64,000 nt of DNA from the NCBI GenBank assembly GCA_951406725.2, contig OX597833.1, positions 46,872,001-46,936,000 of the forward strand, given 5' to 3'. Numbering within the stretch: position 1 is the first letter of the stretch; the number at the start of each line of letters is the position of its first letter. The notes below the pieces were generated by a model that saw nothing but the letters and a program-made list of their open reading frames with translations, was not told the origin of the DNA and did not search any database. This document shows, piece after piece, positions 25,050 to 39,625 of the stretch. A program made the translations under genes and the position numbers. Source of the DNA: Octopus vulgaris (Eukaryota).

Positions 25050-25408
25050 GAGTCACTTCATCCTGATGGGTGTGAAGGGTACCAGTGTCTGAGGTGGCTG
25101 TCCAAGCCAAGGGCCGTATAGAAGAACCAGAGGCATTTATCAAAGGGGAGAGTTGGCAGGGGATGAGGAAATGCAAGCCGGTCTTTGCATCTTTGACGTC
25201 TCATCTCTACCTCTTGATGTCTGTTATTTTCCCTCTGATCTGTTTCTTTGACGATGACATGCTACCACTTAGGGTGGACCTTGGCAATTGTCTCCCAAGT
25301 ATTTGGGTCAATGGAGCAGCAGAGGAGAGTGGCTTTCAGTTGGTTTCAGAAACAGAATTTAGGGGATCCACATGGTCTGGTGCCTGGAGACAACTCTACA
25401 AAGAGGAG
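25050..25408 (-). mobile_element. Old RTE-clade LINE 3' fragment
   Basis: Minus strand reads LLFVELSPGTRPCGSPKFCF*NQLKATLLCCSIDPNTWETIAKVHPKW*...MRRQRCK, matching the RTE C-terminal pattern LYGEL..G.R..G.PK.RFKD.LK..L...I....WE..A. Confidence 0.75.
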
Positions 25409-25413
25409 TATAA

Positions 25414-25635
25414 CCCTTTCGTTACCGTATTTATTTTGAGGTGCTCTGTGTTTCTTTCAATTATTTTAAATATAACAAAGAATTTAGTAAAAAAACTTAG
25501 TCATCATTAAGCTAGTGTTAGGAACATAAATTGTGACTAAGGTTTGGTGGAAGATTTTAATTCAAAACTTACGAAAACAGGACATTTGTACTACAGAGCT
25601 AGAGTCGGGTTTCAGCTGGGTTGGTAACGAAAGGG
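25414..25635. mobile_element. piggyBac-like MITE (family G)
   Basis: Perfect 13-bp TIR CCCTTTCGTTACC / GGTAACGAAAGGG with ATAA on both sides. Confidence 0.8.
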
Positions 25636-26832
25636 ATAAACTTATATAATGCATCTTGATTTTGGCAGACCTTTTTCTTTAATCACAGCTTGCTAACCCA
25701 AACTCTTATCAGGTGTTTGGAAGATAAAAGCTGATATCTGGAACATTCTTTTATAAGCAGACTGAGATGATTGGGCTAAACTGTTTGGGCACTGATCATT
25801 TGGCACAGCTGACTGGTAAGTTGATCAGTTTGAGCAACATACTTTTTGGGATTAGAGGTAAACTTATACACACTCACACAGAAACATACACAAACAGAGC
25901 ACACACTGTAAAGTGGTTGTCATTAGGAAGGGCATCCAGCCATAGAAACCAAGCCAAATCAGACTGGAACCTGTGCAGCTCTACAGCTTGCCAGCTTTCA
26001 TCAAACCATCCAACCCATGCCAGCATGGAAAACGAGTGTTAAAAGATGATGATAATTCAGTATAATCAACATAAATATTTTCCCCTCTCCTCCATACATC
26101 ACCATCATTTTAACGTCTATTTTCTATGCCGGCATGGGTTGGACACATAGAAAAATATGTAAACAGAATGGGAAGAGAGGAATGAAGAGGGATGTCAAAT
26201 AAGTCAGCATTGAATCAGTAATGCCAAATAAACAGTGCCAAAATAGCTGCACCAAAATGTCTCATACTCACTTCTGAGTTATAAAAAATAGTTTCATGAT
26301 CATAAATCACATCACTTAGTGTCTGGCTTACAAACTGCCAATCTTTTAGCTCTTGAAATAACGCTCCTCCTTATTTTATAGTCAACTTTCCATCTCTTCA
26401 CACGAAATGAATAATTAAAGAGCAAAGAGACAGACTACAGCAGGTTTCAAACACCAAAGTATATGAGATCCAAACTCATTACTGCAAATCAATTCAGACT
26501 TGACCTACCTATTTTTTTTGTTCTCCATTTAACTGGACCTCTATCTTTAATAGATGCTAATTAACGTCTTTTATATAGATGTTAATGATTGGAAAGCCAT
26601 TATTATTATTATTATTATTAGTGATTTCTTAATTAGGTTTAATGTTTTATAGCTATTATCTAAAATCATTGAGAGACATAAGGGAACCAATGAGAGCAAG
26701 GATTCAAAAATCAAGTTCTAGGTTACAGACTCAATAAATCTCTATGCTGTTGTTAGTATCTGACTTAGGTTCTTGTAATCAATAAGTGGAACAACGACGG
26801 TGGTAGTGGTGGTGGTGGTGGTGGTGGCAGTG

Positions 26833-27246
26833 GCGGCGAGCTGGCAGAACCGTTAGCACACCGGGCGAAATGCGTAGCCGTATTTCGTCTGCCGCTACGT
26901 TCTGAGTTCAAATTCTGCCGAGGTCGACTTTGCTTTTCATCCTTTCGGGGTCGATTAAATAAGTACCAGTTACGCACTGGGGTCGATATAATCGACTTAA
27001 TCCGTTTGTCTGTCCTTGTTTGTCCTCTCTGTGTTTAGCCCCTTGTGGGTAGTAAAGAAATAGGTATTTCGTCTGCCGCTACGTTCTGAGTTCAAATTCC
27101 GCCGAGGTCGACTTTGCCTTTCATCCTTTCGGGGTCGATTAAATAAGTACCAGTTACGCACTGGGGTCGATATGATCGGCTTAATCCCTTTGTTTGTCCT
27201 TGTTTGTCCTCTCTGTGTTTAGCCCTTTGTGGTTAGTAAAGAAATA
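26833..27246 (+). mobile_element. SINE family B tandem dimer
   Basis: Same AAGAAATA|GGTATTTCGTCT junction (near 27062) as the copy at 4347-4756. Confidence 0.9.
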
Positions 27247-27500
27247 GGTAGTAGTTGTGGTGGTGTGTGGTGGTGGTGGTGGTAGTGGTAGTGTATTGTA
27301 TATCAGGTTAAGAAGTTCACATTGCAACCATATGATTTCAGGTTCAGTTCCACAGCATGGCATCTTGGATAAGTGTCTTCTACTATATAGCACTAGACTG
27401 ACCAATGCCTTGTGAGATAATTTAAAAGGTGGGAAAGAAAGCCTAACATAAATATGTGTGTGCAAGTGTGCAATTGCATGTGTTTGTACATATGTGAACC

Positions 27501-27550
<50 letters not shown>

Positions 27551-27553
<3 letters not shown>

Positions 27554-28035
27554 TCATCATCGTTTAACGTCTGTTTTCTGTGCTAGCACAAGTTGGACGG
27601 TTCGACCGGGGTCTGGGAAGCCAGGAGGCTGCACCAGGCCCAGTCAGATCTGGCAGTGTTTCTACAGCTGGATGCCCTTCCTAATGCCAACCACTCCATG
27701 AGTGTAGTGGGTGCTTTTATGTGCCATATATATATATCACCATCATCATTTAACACCTGTTGTCCATGCTGGCATGGGTTGGACAGTTTGATCAAGGATG
27801 GTAAGCTGAGATGCTGCTCCAAATTTCAGTCTGATTTGGCCTGGTTTCTACAGCTGGATGCCCTTCCTAGTGCCAACCACTCCAGAAGTATAATAGGTAT
27901 GCCACCTACACAGCTGCCGATGTTGCATGTCACCAGTATCTGCCATGACTACAATTTCACTTGGCTTGATGGGTCTTCGTCTGAAGCACAGCATATTGCC
28001 AAAGGTCTTCGTCCTTTTTCATTGCCTCCATGTTG
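27551..28035 (-). mobile_element. Two adjacent SINE family D fragments
   Basis: (CAT)n tails and CTGGATGCCCTTCCTA motif twice. Confidence 0.8.
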
Positions 28036-28178
28036 GTGATAAGGATTCTGCCAGCTTGTCACCTTAATAATAATAATAATCCTTTCTACTAAAGGTACAA
28101 GGCCTGAAATTTCGGGTGAGGGGACTAATTATTTACATCAACTCCAGTGTTTCACTGGTACTTAATTTATCAACTCTG

Positions 28179-28446
28179 GAAGAAGAAGAAGAAGAAGAAG
28201 AAGAAGAAGAAGAAGAAGAAGAAGAAGAAGAAGGAGGAGGAGGAGGAAAAAGAAGAAGAAGAAGAAGAAGAGGGGGGAAGGAGGAGGAAGAAGAAAAAGA
28301 AGAATAGGGGGAAGGAGGAGGAAGAAGAAGAAGAGGGGGAAGGAGGAGGAAGAAGAAAAATAAGAAGAAGAGGGGGAAGGAGGAGGGAGGAGGAGGAAGA
28401 AGAAGAAGAGGGGGAAAGAAGAAGAAGAAGAAGAAGAAGAAGAAGA
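28179..28446. repeat. (GAA)n/(GGA)n purine microsatellite
   Basis: Direct reading. Confidence 0.95.
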
Positions 28447-28894
28447 GTACTAGCAGCAATAGTAGTAGACAAAAGCAATAATTGTACTAGTGTGGTAATA
28501 TTATTACTATTGATAATGGCAGTGGTGGTGGTGGTGGAGGTGGTGGCGGCAATGACAGTAGTTCTAATAGCTTTGGCTCCACATGTTTATTTATTCATAA
28601 CATACGCTATATTGATACTTAAGTATTTACCGATAGTAGTACTACTAAGTGGCGATGGTGTTGGTGTCAGTCAATAATTAATGTAATAGCATCAGGAAAA
28701 GTGTTTCAATCCTAATAAATAATGGTGTACCACCCTTTTTTTTGCTGAAATGTTGATTACTTTATGAAACAAGGTGGAATTTAATATGGTTGATTTAGTT
28801 TGCATCACTATTTTTCTGCTTTTTTTCTGTTCCTGTGCCGTAATGCACATTGGGTCTTCCATGAAAGGCTTCTACTCAGAAGCATATCAGTTTT

Positions 28895-29290
28895 TCTTGT
28901 CTTGTCTTGTCTTGTCTTGAGATAGCATTCACCCGGAGTGGGTTGAGCTAGCTTCATTCATCCTCAATGCTGCATCTCTCACAAACGCCAACCAGGCCTG
29001 GCGATTTGAGGCTAACGACCGCATGATCTCCAACCACTCCTTATTCCAGTGGCGAACGCTGTAAAATATGGGGGCCTAGGCTGGGTTCCAGATCAGCCTT
29101 AACTGTCATCAGCCAGGTTTTTCGTTGTCCACCACATCGCTTTCGCCAACCCTGAAGGGGAGCTGGGGCAATTGCTTCGTAGATGAATTCTCCTGGTTGA
29201 CAACGGAGGGCATGACCCAGCCAACACAGACGTCTCGTTAGGGTGACTTGTCGAAGGGAGGTGATTGCTAACCTACTATCCAATACTTCC
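28895..29290 (-). mobile_element. RTE-clade LINE 3' fragment
   Basis: RRLCWLGHALR...WRKRCGGQRKTWLMTVKADL; (CAAGA)n tail; related to the 19266-19615 family. Confidence 0.88.
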
Positions 29291-29803
29291 ACATTTCTGG
29301 GTAAGAAATATCAAAAAGTATTCCATCTAATAGTGGAGGTGCATTGCTTAGTGTTTAGGATGTTGAACTCGTGATCGTAAGATTATGGTTTCGATTCCTG
29401 GACTAGGCAATGTATTGCCCTTTTGAGCAAAACACTTCCATTTCACATTGCTACACTTCACTTAAATGGTAAAAATGAGTCATCCTGGGATAGAACAGCA
29501 TCTCATCCAGGGAAGACTATATACACCGCTAAGCATTTCGCCCAGCGTGCTAACGTTTCTGCCAGCTCGCCGGCAAACATTCTAGGTGCAAATCTGTGGT
29601 CCTTTGAGCCATATGGAAGCCTCCAGAGCATAAATACATCACAAATTTGACTGACAGAAAGAGTATAGTCATTTATGTTCACTCCAGTATTACTGTACTT
29701 AACTAGTATTTACCTGTGTATTATTTAATCACCCCCAGAAGGATGAAAGGTGAAAAACAACTGGTGTGATTTGAACTCAGAATATGAGACATAACTAAAT
29801 ACT

Positions 29804-30028
29804 TATTTCTTTATTACCCACAAGGGGCTAAACACAGAGAGGACAAACAGGGACAGACAAAGTGATTAAGTCGATTATATCGAACCCAATGGGTAACTGG
29901 TACTTATTTAATCGACCCCGGAAGGATGAAAGGCAAAGTCGGCCTCGGCGGAATTTGAACGCAGAACGTAGCGGCAGACGAAATACCGCTAAGCATTTCG
30001 CCCGGCGTGCTAACGTTTCTGCCAGCTT
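29804..30028 (-). mobile_element. SINE family B inserted into an older family B copy (about 29695-30090)
   Basis: TSD GAGACATAACTAAATACT at 29786-29803 and 30032-30049. Confidence 0.9.
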
Positions 30029-30221
30029 ATAGAGACATAACTAAATACTGACTGGTTGTCTGTCTGTCACTCTTTTGATTCTGTCAATCCTTGGCCCACT
30101 TTTAAAAAAAAAAAATTTTCATACAGAAATATTGCTGAACCCAAGACTGAAAAAATTGTTCTCATGCTTAATTCCCACCTAATTTTAAAAATCTGGGAAA
30201 GGGATAGCATATTATATACAT

Positions 30222-30448
30222 TAGCCCTTTAACATTAAGATTACTTTGTCAAATATATTGTTTATTTATTCACATTGTTTTGAATTAATCATGCATTATC
30301 TCATTACTGAGATTTCAATGATGTGATTTTTTTATTTTTAGAACGATTTAAGAAGATAGGCATGAGAGATCAAATCTGTCCAGTTTGAACATAAAACTGG
30401 TAGAATATTAATGCCTGATATGGCCAGATTTAAGTGTTAAAAAGTTAA
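30222..30448. mobile_element. MITE family F, diverged
   Basis: Body matches 59377-59597. Confidence 0.7.
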
Positions 30449-30603
30449 TAAAATATGGTACTTTCATCCTTTCTTTCTTTCTCACTCTATCACCCATGTT
30501 AAAAAAAAAATCTGGAGAAAAATGGTTAGCATACAGTTGGAAATAATCCAATGACTACTCTCTCTTTCCATACAAAATTGTGCCTCTATTTTAGTTCAGT
30601 TGC

Positions 30604-30816
30604 TCTACTCTTTTACTTGTTTCAGTCAGTTGACTGCGGCCATGCTGGAGCATCGCCTTTAGTCAAGCAAATCAACCCCAGGACTTATTCTTTGTAAGTC
30701 TAGTACTTATTCTATTGGTCTCTATTGCCGAACCGCTAAGTTACGGGGATGTAAACACACCAGCATCGGCTGTCAAGCGATGTTAGGGGGACAAACACAG
30801 ACACACAAACATATAT

Positions 30817-30863
<47 letters not shown>

Positions 30864-31195
30864 TACAACAGGCTTCTTTCAGTTTCTGTCTACCAAATCC
30901 ACTCACAAGGCTTTGGTCAGCCCGAGTCTATAATAGAAGACACTTGCCCAAGGTGCCATGCAGTGGGACTGAACCAGGAACCATGTGGACGTGGTTCGTA
31001 AGCAAATTACTTACCACACAGCCACTCCATATATATATGACAGGCTTCTTTCAGTTTCCGTCAACCAAATCCACTCACAAGGCTTTGGTCAGTGCGAGGC
31101 TATAGTAGAAGACACTTGCCCAAGGTGCCACGCAGTGGGCCTGAACCCGGAACCATGTGGTTGGTAAGCAAGCTAATTACCACACTCCTGCGCCT
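30604..31195 (-). mobile_element. SINE family A with tandemly duplicated head half
   Basis: Head region at 30868-31030 and again at 31040-31195. Confidence 0.9.
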
Positions 31196-32254
31196 GGTAA
31201 CTTATTTTAACAAATTCCAAGGCACCAAAACTTAACTTCACCACAACAGGTATTTCAACTAAAACTCAGTATGAATATATGGGAGGGAGTTCAAATCATC
31301 TGTTTTGAGTCCAATCAACAATAATTAAACTAATTAATTAATTAAACTAAAAGTTAGTTAAATCATAATTCCCTGTCCCATTTTGTGAGATTTTCATAGG
31401 CCCAAGGAATAGGCACTGTGCCAATTCTGCCCTATTTATAACTTAACTCTGGTGTATTTGTACAAAATATTTTGCTCCAGAAAACATATGCTAGGAAGAA
31501 GAAGAAAAATAAAATAAAAATTCTCCCTGTATCAGTCCTCTAAGAGTATATATATTCTCCTAAAACATGTGTACAGTTCTTTCCCATAACTGCATCAACC
31601 CAAGACCTCCTTTGCTATTTATTCTTGCCTACGTGCTTCTATGTGTTGCTATAATAACCCTACACCATCTCTTCAAAACCAAACAAAATCAACCGTATCA
31701 CTCTCAAGTTATCACACTCATCCTACGGGAGCTTTTGACACTTCCTCCCTAAAAAACATGTAAAAAAAAAAATTTTTAAATATACAAGTAAAATAAAAAA
31801 AAAACGAGCAAACAACAAAAAAAGTTTTATTAAAAGCCAATGAGAGAAGCTCTATAAAATCACACAAACATGCTAGAAACAGCAGTCAAATCTCTTTCAA
31901 ATCATATCCTACAAACTTACAAAAGCAAACAACAATCTGGATAATCTAGTCCTAGATACACTATGCCTGACAAGAAGAAAAAATATAGAGACAGACTGAC
32001 TACGTCCGGAACACTTTTGGTTTTAAATTTTGAATGAAGATTGACCTGGAGTTAAACAACTCTCTTAGAAAAATTTATTCATTCATATTGATCAAATTTG
32101 CTTTCCCCTAAAACAAAAACCAATTTTCACATGGGAAGCAGTGTAGACAATTGAATCAACATCAGTTAATTAATGGTAATTATTTTGTCAATGCCACTGG
32201 GAGTTTTAATCTACCATATACTTATGTATGTATGTTCGTATGATGTATACATTT

Positions 32255-32286
<32 letters not shown>

Positions 32287-32317
32287 ATGTATGTACGTAT
32301 GATGTATACATTATATA

Positions 32318-32523
32318 TACTCTCTTTTACTCTTTTACTTGTTTCAGTCATTTTGACTACGGCCATGCTGGAGCACCACCTTTAGTCGAGCAAATCGACC
32401 CCGGGACTTATTCTTTGTAAGACCAGTATTTATTCTATCGGTCTCTTTTGCTGAACCGCTAAGTGACAGGGACGTAAACACACCAGCATCGGTTGTCAAG
32501 CGATGTTGGGGGGACAAACACAG

Positions 32524-32569
<46 letters not shown>

Positions 32570-32697
32570 GACAGGCTTCTTTCAGTTTCCTTCTACCAAA
32601 TCCACTCACAAGGCATTGGTCGGCCCAGGGCTATAGCAGAAGACACTTGCCCAAGATGCCACGCAGTAGGACTGAACCCGGAACCATGTGGTTGGTT
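32318..32697 (-). mobile_element. SINE family A
   Basis: Matches consensus. Confidence 0.9.
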
Positions 32698-33355
32698 GAT
32701 AGATAGATATACCTATACATATGTATACATACACATATGTACAAAGATACACACACACACACACATTTACATATACCTGTGATGCTTCAGCATGACAAAA
32801 GCCTTTAGACTGGAATGCATAAAAAAATTATTTATATACGGAACATGTTAAGCCATGTCTGGCCCAAATATTCTACCTGTATTATGTTAAAACTGACCAG
32901 ATCTAACCTCTCACACCTACCTTACAATGTCATTCCAAAAACACACAAATACACCATTGAAATCATGAAGTTATCAGCTAACGTGACTAACTGAAGACAA
33001 TGTGAATAAATATGCAATACGTTTGACAAAGAAATCTGAATGCTAAACGTTTAGACTGAATGCTATAAAGTGGAGTTATATCGAAAACTATATTGTATAT
33101 ATTGGTAATTTATTTCTGTACATATAAATGATTAATCATACTATTGGTGTTGAATTTAATAAAGCTAGTGTAGTCTTTGATCTAAATACAATCTCCAGCT
33201 GGTTGAATCTGTTTGATCATGTCTCTCTCAACAGCTGAAAACTTAGCAATATCATAAGCACAGGTGTGGCTGTGTGGTAAGATGTTTGCTTCCTAACCAC
33301 ATGGTTCTGGGTTCAGTCCCACTGCATGACACCTTGGGCAAATCACAGATACACA

Positions 33356-33401
<46 letters not shown>

Positions 33402-33403
33402 AA

Positions 33404-33603
33404 GTTAATCCAAACAAGAAAGCACAAAAAAACACAACAACGCGAGGACGTGGAACAAATATAGTATTATTGGACACTCAGGAAAGAAGGAGGGTTTAAC
33501 GTTTCAAGCAGAGCTCTTCGTCGGAAACATAGGAGAAGGAAAGATCCAGAGAAGGGAAGACAGAGGAAAAAAAATCGCCAACGGTACACATGCAGTCACA
33601 TTT
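33404..33603 (-). mobile_element. Penelope-like short repeat family a
   Basis: Second copy at 48813-49030; abuts TA tract; next to SINE A head half 33605-33774. Confidence 0.75.
33494..33528 (-). ncRNA. Minimal type-I hammerhead ribozyme, U4C variant
   Basis: GUUU-CCGACGA-A-GAGC ucu GCUU-GAAA-CGUU-AAAC. Confidence 0.65.
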
Positions 33604-33975
33604 TATATACAACGGGCTTCTTACAGTTTCTGATTACCAAATCCACTCACAAGGCTTTGGTTGGCTTGAGGCTATAGTAGAAGACACTTGCCCAAGGTGC
33701 CATGTAGTAGGACTGAACCCGGAACCATGTGGTTGATAAGCAAGCTACTTACCACACAGCCACTCCTATGCCTACAAGTGTTTGAAATAACATAACTACA
33801 CTTGCAAATAAAAGGTCAGGTACTTTTGCATGTGTGATAATGTATTTCTGTATTTACATTCTGCTATGGAACCTGAGCTACTTTTACATGTGCCACCCTG
33901 TATAACCTTAGAAAAAAATATTTTTAAATAGAAAAAGAAAAACAAAAAAAAGGGTAGAGTTGACTTTGCCATTCA

Positions 33976-34137
33976 TAGGCGCAGGAGTGGCTGTGTGGTA
34001 AGTAGCTTGCTTACCAGCCACATGGTTCTGGGTTCAATCCCACTGCGTAGCATCTTGGGCAAGTGTCTTCTGCTATAGCCCCGGGCCGACCAATGCCTTG
34101 TGAGTGGATTTGGTAGACGGAAACTGAAAGAAGCCTG

Positions 34138-34175
<38 letters not shown>

Positions 34176-34384
34176 TTGTGTGTCTGTGTTTGTTCCCCTA
34201 GCATTGCTTGACAACCGATGCTGGTATGTTTACGTCCTCGTCACTTAGCGGTTCGGCAAAAGAGACCGATAGAATAAGTACTGGGCTTACAAAGAATAAG
34301 TCCCGGGGTCGATTTGCTCGACTAAAGGCGGTGCTCCAGCATGGCCACAGTCAAATGACTGAAACAAGTAAAAGAGTAAGAGTA
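33976..34384 (+). mobile_element. SINE family A, full length
   Basis: Matches consensus. Confidence 0.93.
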
Positions 34385-34639
34385 TCATTTGGTACGCCTT
34401 TTGATCCCACTGCCTTAAAACACACTGCTATTGTTAGCAGATCAAGGCTACCACAATGGTTTGTATAGAACTAGGTTTCCAAGAGCAGTGCAACTTTTTA
34501 CTTCCCTCAGTACAAGTCTCAGTATAAGCATCCATTTGCTCTCTCTCTCTCTATCAATTCTGCAAAATTGATTACAGCAAAAGATGTTTTTTCATCTAGG
34601 ATCTGAACAGTTACAATATTAAAAATTTTTTTTTGCCTT

Positions 34640-35306
<667 letters not shown>

Positions 35307-35767
35307 GTGTATCTTGTATGAGTGTTTATAAAATTATACATTTACATTCATACATGTGTGTGTCTTCTGCTAGTTCTTGCCAATGAACACAACATTATCT
35401 CATTTCTGCCCACACAGATTTTTGAGAGATGTATATATCTATATGAGACACACACACAAACACATACATGAAGACAAATACACATACATATAATTCTATA
35501 GGCTAAAGTTAGTCTGAAAGATTACACTCTGCCACCCACATCTTCTTTTCTTTTTCATTTATTTTTATGTTTTCATTTAAATTCCAACCCAATAACAGAT
35601 TACAAAAACTCATTCTATTTATCTCTCTCTCTCTCTCATCTTCAACACCGATTCACATAAACCAGACATGTTTTAGTTCTTCTAATTTAGACTTACATTC
35701 ATTTAATTATTTACTTATAAAGTTTCTTTGATTTTTCTCAATGTTTTATGATAACAATCCTCCAAAA

Positions 35768-36135
35768 TAGGCGATGCGGTGGCTATGTGGTAAAAAGCTT
35801 GCTTCCCAACCACATGGTTCTGGGTTCAGTCCCACTGCATAGCACCTTGAGCAAGTATCTTCTACTATAATCTTAGGCCAATCAAAGCCTGGTAAGTGGG
35901 TTTGGTAGATGGGATTTGAAAGATGCCTGTCATGTGTGTCTGTGTGTGTTTGTCACCCACCAGTACTTGACAACCTGCGTTGGTGTGTTTATGCCCCCAT
36001 AACATAGCAGTCCAGCAAAAGAGACTGATAGAATAAGTCCTAGATTTAAAAAAAATTCTGGGGTCATTTTTTACAACTAAAATTCTTCAAGGTAATGCCC
36101 CAGCATGGCCGCAGTCTAAGACTGAAACAAGTAAA

Positions 36136-36140
<5 letters not shown>
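35768..36140 (+). mobile_element. SINE family A, older diverged copy
   Basis: Recognisable head and tail with many substitutions. Confidence 0.8.
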
Positions 36141-36175
<35 letters not shown>

Positions 36176-36425
36176 TTGAGAAGACCCGGCAAGCCAAATG
36201 AGACCATAACCTCGTGGCCTATGCCAGGGGCATAACCAGCCCACTTATGATAACAATCCTTCCAAATAGGTGAAGGGGTGACTATGTGGTAAAAAGCTTG
36301 CTTTCCAACTACATGGTTCTGGGTTCAGTATCCCTGTGTGGCACCTTGGGCAAGTGTCTTCTACTATAACATTTGACCAGCAAAACTCTTGTGAGTGGAT
36401 TCGGTAGACAGAATCTAAAAGAAAA

Positions 36426-36654
36426 CGGCAAGCTGGCAGAATCGTTAGCACGCTGGGTGAAATGTTTAACGGTATTTCGTCTGCCGCTACGTTCTGAGTT
36501 CAAATTCTGCCAAGGTCAACTTTGCCTTTCATCCTTTCGGGGTCGATTCAATAAGTATCAGTTATGCACTGGGGTCGATGTAATCGACTTAGTCCATTTG
36601 GCTGTCCTTGTTTGTCCCCTTTATGTTTAGCCCCTTGTGGGCAATAAAGAAATA
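36426..36654 (+). mobile_element. SINE family B inside an older family A-like head
   Basis: Imperfect TSD AGAA(T/A)CTAAAAGAA. Confidence 0.85.
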
Positions 36655-37192
36655 AGAAACTAAAAGAAGACCAATATATATGTGTGCACATGTGCACCTG
36701 TGTAGTCACACGCAGATAGAAACCCTCTTGGTCTTCTTTACTCTTGACTCAGTCAAAGAACCTGAACACGACAGCTCGGTGGGTAGAGGGCATCACCAGC
36801 ACCCTAGTTCATATATTTTAGATGCATTATTTCTAAGCAGACAGGAGCAGCATGAAACTTTGTTTTATGTGGCACTACCCAGTCCAAGAATTGAAGCCAC
36901 AACCTTAATGATTGTAATACAAACATCGTAATCACCGGGCCACACTCTAACACATTGCATTTGTGACGGGTGAGAAATAGTTCTTTCATTCTTGGAATGG
37001 AAGTTACTCATTTCCCAAAATATGGTTAATACAAACTAAATGATGATGGGGAAAACTACTATGGAAGGAAAATGAAAACTGGTGATTGTTCCAAAGTCTC
37101 CAGATCAGCTCTGATAGAACAAACAAACCTTATAATCATGTAATCCAGTGGTTACTATCCAGGTTTGTTTTGTTTTTCCCCACCGGGGTGTA

Positions 37193-37540
37193 TTCTTTAC
37201 TCTTTTACTTGTTTCAGTCATTTGATTGCGGCCATGCTGGAGCACTGCTTTTAGTCAAGCAAATCGACCCCAGGACTTATTTTTTGTAAGCCTAGTACTT
37301 ATTCTATTGATCTCTTGGCTGAACCGCTAGGTTACAGGGACACAAACACACCAGCATCGGTTGTCAAGCGATGTTGGAGGACAAACACAGACACACAAGC
37401 ACACACACACACACATATATATACATATATATACGACGGGCTTCTTTCAGTTTCTGTCTACTATATCCACTCACAATGCTTTGGTCGGTCCGACCACATG
37501 GTTGGTAAGCAAGCTACTTACCACACAGCCACTCCTGCAC
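37193..37540 (-). mobile_element. SINE family A with internal deletion
   Basis: Matches consensus. Confidence 0.88.
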
Positions 37541-38320
37541 ATATTGTATATATTTTTAACTTACTTATCAAATGTGTCATCCCCCTTTTAAAAGGTAAAC
37601 GTGTGAATCAAATGAGATTTAGCAGCTATTTCTAGCACATCAAGAAACTACATATAGGCTCCCTTATTGGCTTAGTGGGTTACATAAATAATAGTAAGGT
37701 GGAATATGCTGGTTGTTATAAGACAGACATCAATAATAGTTACAGTGTTAGCAATATTTAATGCATGGCATATTTTAAAAGCAAACTAGAAATAAAATAT
37801 ACAATAGTGAGAAAAATAAACAATATTAGTCAATGACTTTTATTTAAAATTTTTTTTCTCTTTTTTTTTTCCAAGGTCAAGGGACAACATATAGATGAGA
37901 TCATCAACTCGTTTCAAACTAGAACACATTTTTATAAAATATATATGCCTCATGTTTGAAAATGTCAATACATTAATGTTTATAAACAAAACTTTTTAAC
38001 AAATAACTGTAGACAGTGTAGGGTTATTAGATCATTAATAACTTTAAAAAGTTCTTAGAAAATGAAATTTCAGGTCATGCGTTTAAATTGCAGTACAGTG
38101 TATGGAAGAGAGAACATGACAGTACAAATGAAATATAATATAATATAATATGTTTTACACAAGTGTTGTAGAACATATACAAGAAAGAAAACTCTTAAAC
38201 AGACTTAGAAATATCGGGTCATGCACCAAAACATTTGACTTTTTTTTTTATATTCCATTATTATTATTCACTTTGTTCATCATGTCTATTCATCGTCTTA
38301 TTTATTTTATTCCATTTCAG

Positions 38321-38381
<61 letters not shown>

Positions 38382-39243
38382 ATATATAAATATTGTATTC
38401 GTCATTATATTTATTTTATTAAATTTCTGAAACAATATATATATATAAAACTGAGTTTGTGTGTGTTCCTTATGGATTTGAAAACAGAGGTGCCAATTTT
38501 GACATATGAGATACCAAAAGATTCAGTAATCTTTTGGCTACCAATTAAAGTATGACTTTGCACAACAACACTTTTTTTACTACAAAAATAACCTTGAAAA
38601 CAAGGTCAGTTTGCACAATTTTGAGGTCTTTAGCTAAGAGAGGCAACTCTACTTAAACAATCTTTGTCTTAGATAGAGCATAATAAGAAAAGGTTTGAAA
38701 TACATGTTGTTTTACCAGGGAATGAAGCTTCAAAGATATACTGTCAACTTTTACTATTATGGAGATGTACTAAGCAAGTGACTTCAGCTGAGATCGCATG
38801 CTGAAACAAAGACAATTACAGTGTGGAAGATATTTGTAAGCCATTCAAGAACACACAAAAACCATTAGTTTCACTTCAACATTTAATTTTCATTTGTGCC
38901 AAAATATTTTCGTCACTTTGAAACTGCAACCTGTTCACTGGCAAAACTTGGCACTGCAAGTTTATTACTATTATTTAGTAAATAATCTTCTAATGTGAAG
39001 TATGCTTGTCTGTGTTTTGTTTAGCCCAGAGTTGCCTCTGATGTAGCAGACCCATTGCATATGTTTTTCTTTCTTCCTGAACTACTGCAAATCTATGTCT
39101 TTCTTTTGATGACAGGGTGTGTTTTAGAAGAGATTTGGCTGCTATTTGTAGTAGCTCAAGTTACCACAGACATATCTGTGTGTGTGTGAGTGTGTGTGTT
39201 TTGTTGCGGTGAAAAAAGTATTTTTTCACAGAATATTTTGCAC

Positions 39244-39625
39244 ACCAACCACATGGTTCAGGATTCAGTCCCATTGCGTGGCACCTTGGGCAAGTGTCTT
39301 CTACTATAGCCTCAGGCCGACCACAGACTTTTGAGTGCCCATCATATATATGTATGTGTGTGTGTGTATATGTTTGTGTGTCTGTGTTTGAGAAGCCCAT
39401 CATATATATGTATGTGTGTCTGTGTTTGTCCCCCCCAACATCGCTTGACAACCGATGCTGGTATGTTTACGTACCCGTAACTTAGCGATTCAGCAAAAGA
39501 GATTGATAGAATAAGTACTAGGCTTACAAAGAATAAATCCTGGGATTGATTTGCTCGACTAAAGACAGTGCTCCAGCATGGCCACAGTGAAATGACCGAA
39601 ACAAGTAAAAGAGTAAAAAAGGTAA
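39244..39625 (+). mobile_element. SINE family A with small internal duplication
   Basis: Matches consensus. Confidence 0.88.

Noticed and set aside
25085-25510. 141-aa plus-strand ORF
   Set aside because: Antisense to a decayed RTE fragment and runs into a MITE.
28116-28677. Poly-E/K/R ORFs
   Set aside because: (GAA/GGA)n microsatellite; the same applies to 62684-62936.
29080-29112. CUGAUGA plus hairpin on the minus strand
   Set aside because: No GAAA after the hairpin; lies in RTE coding sequence, so a chance motif.
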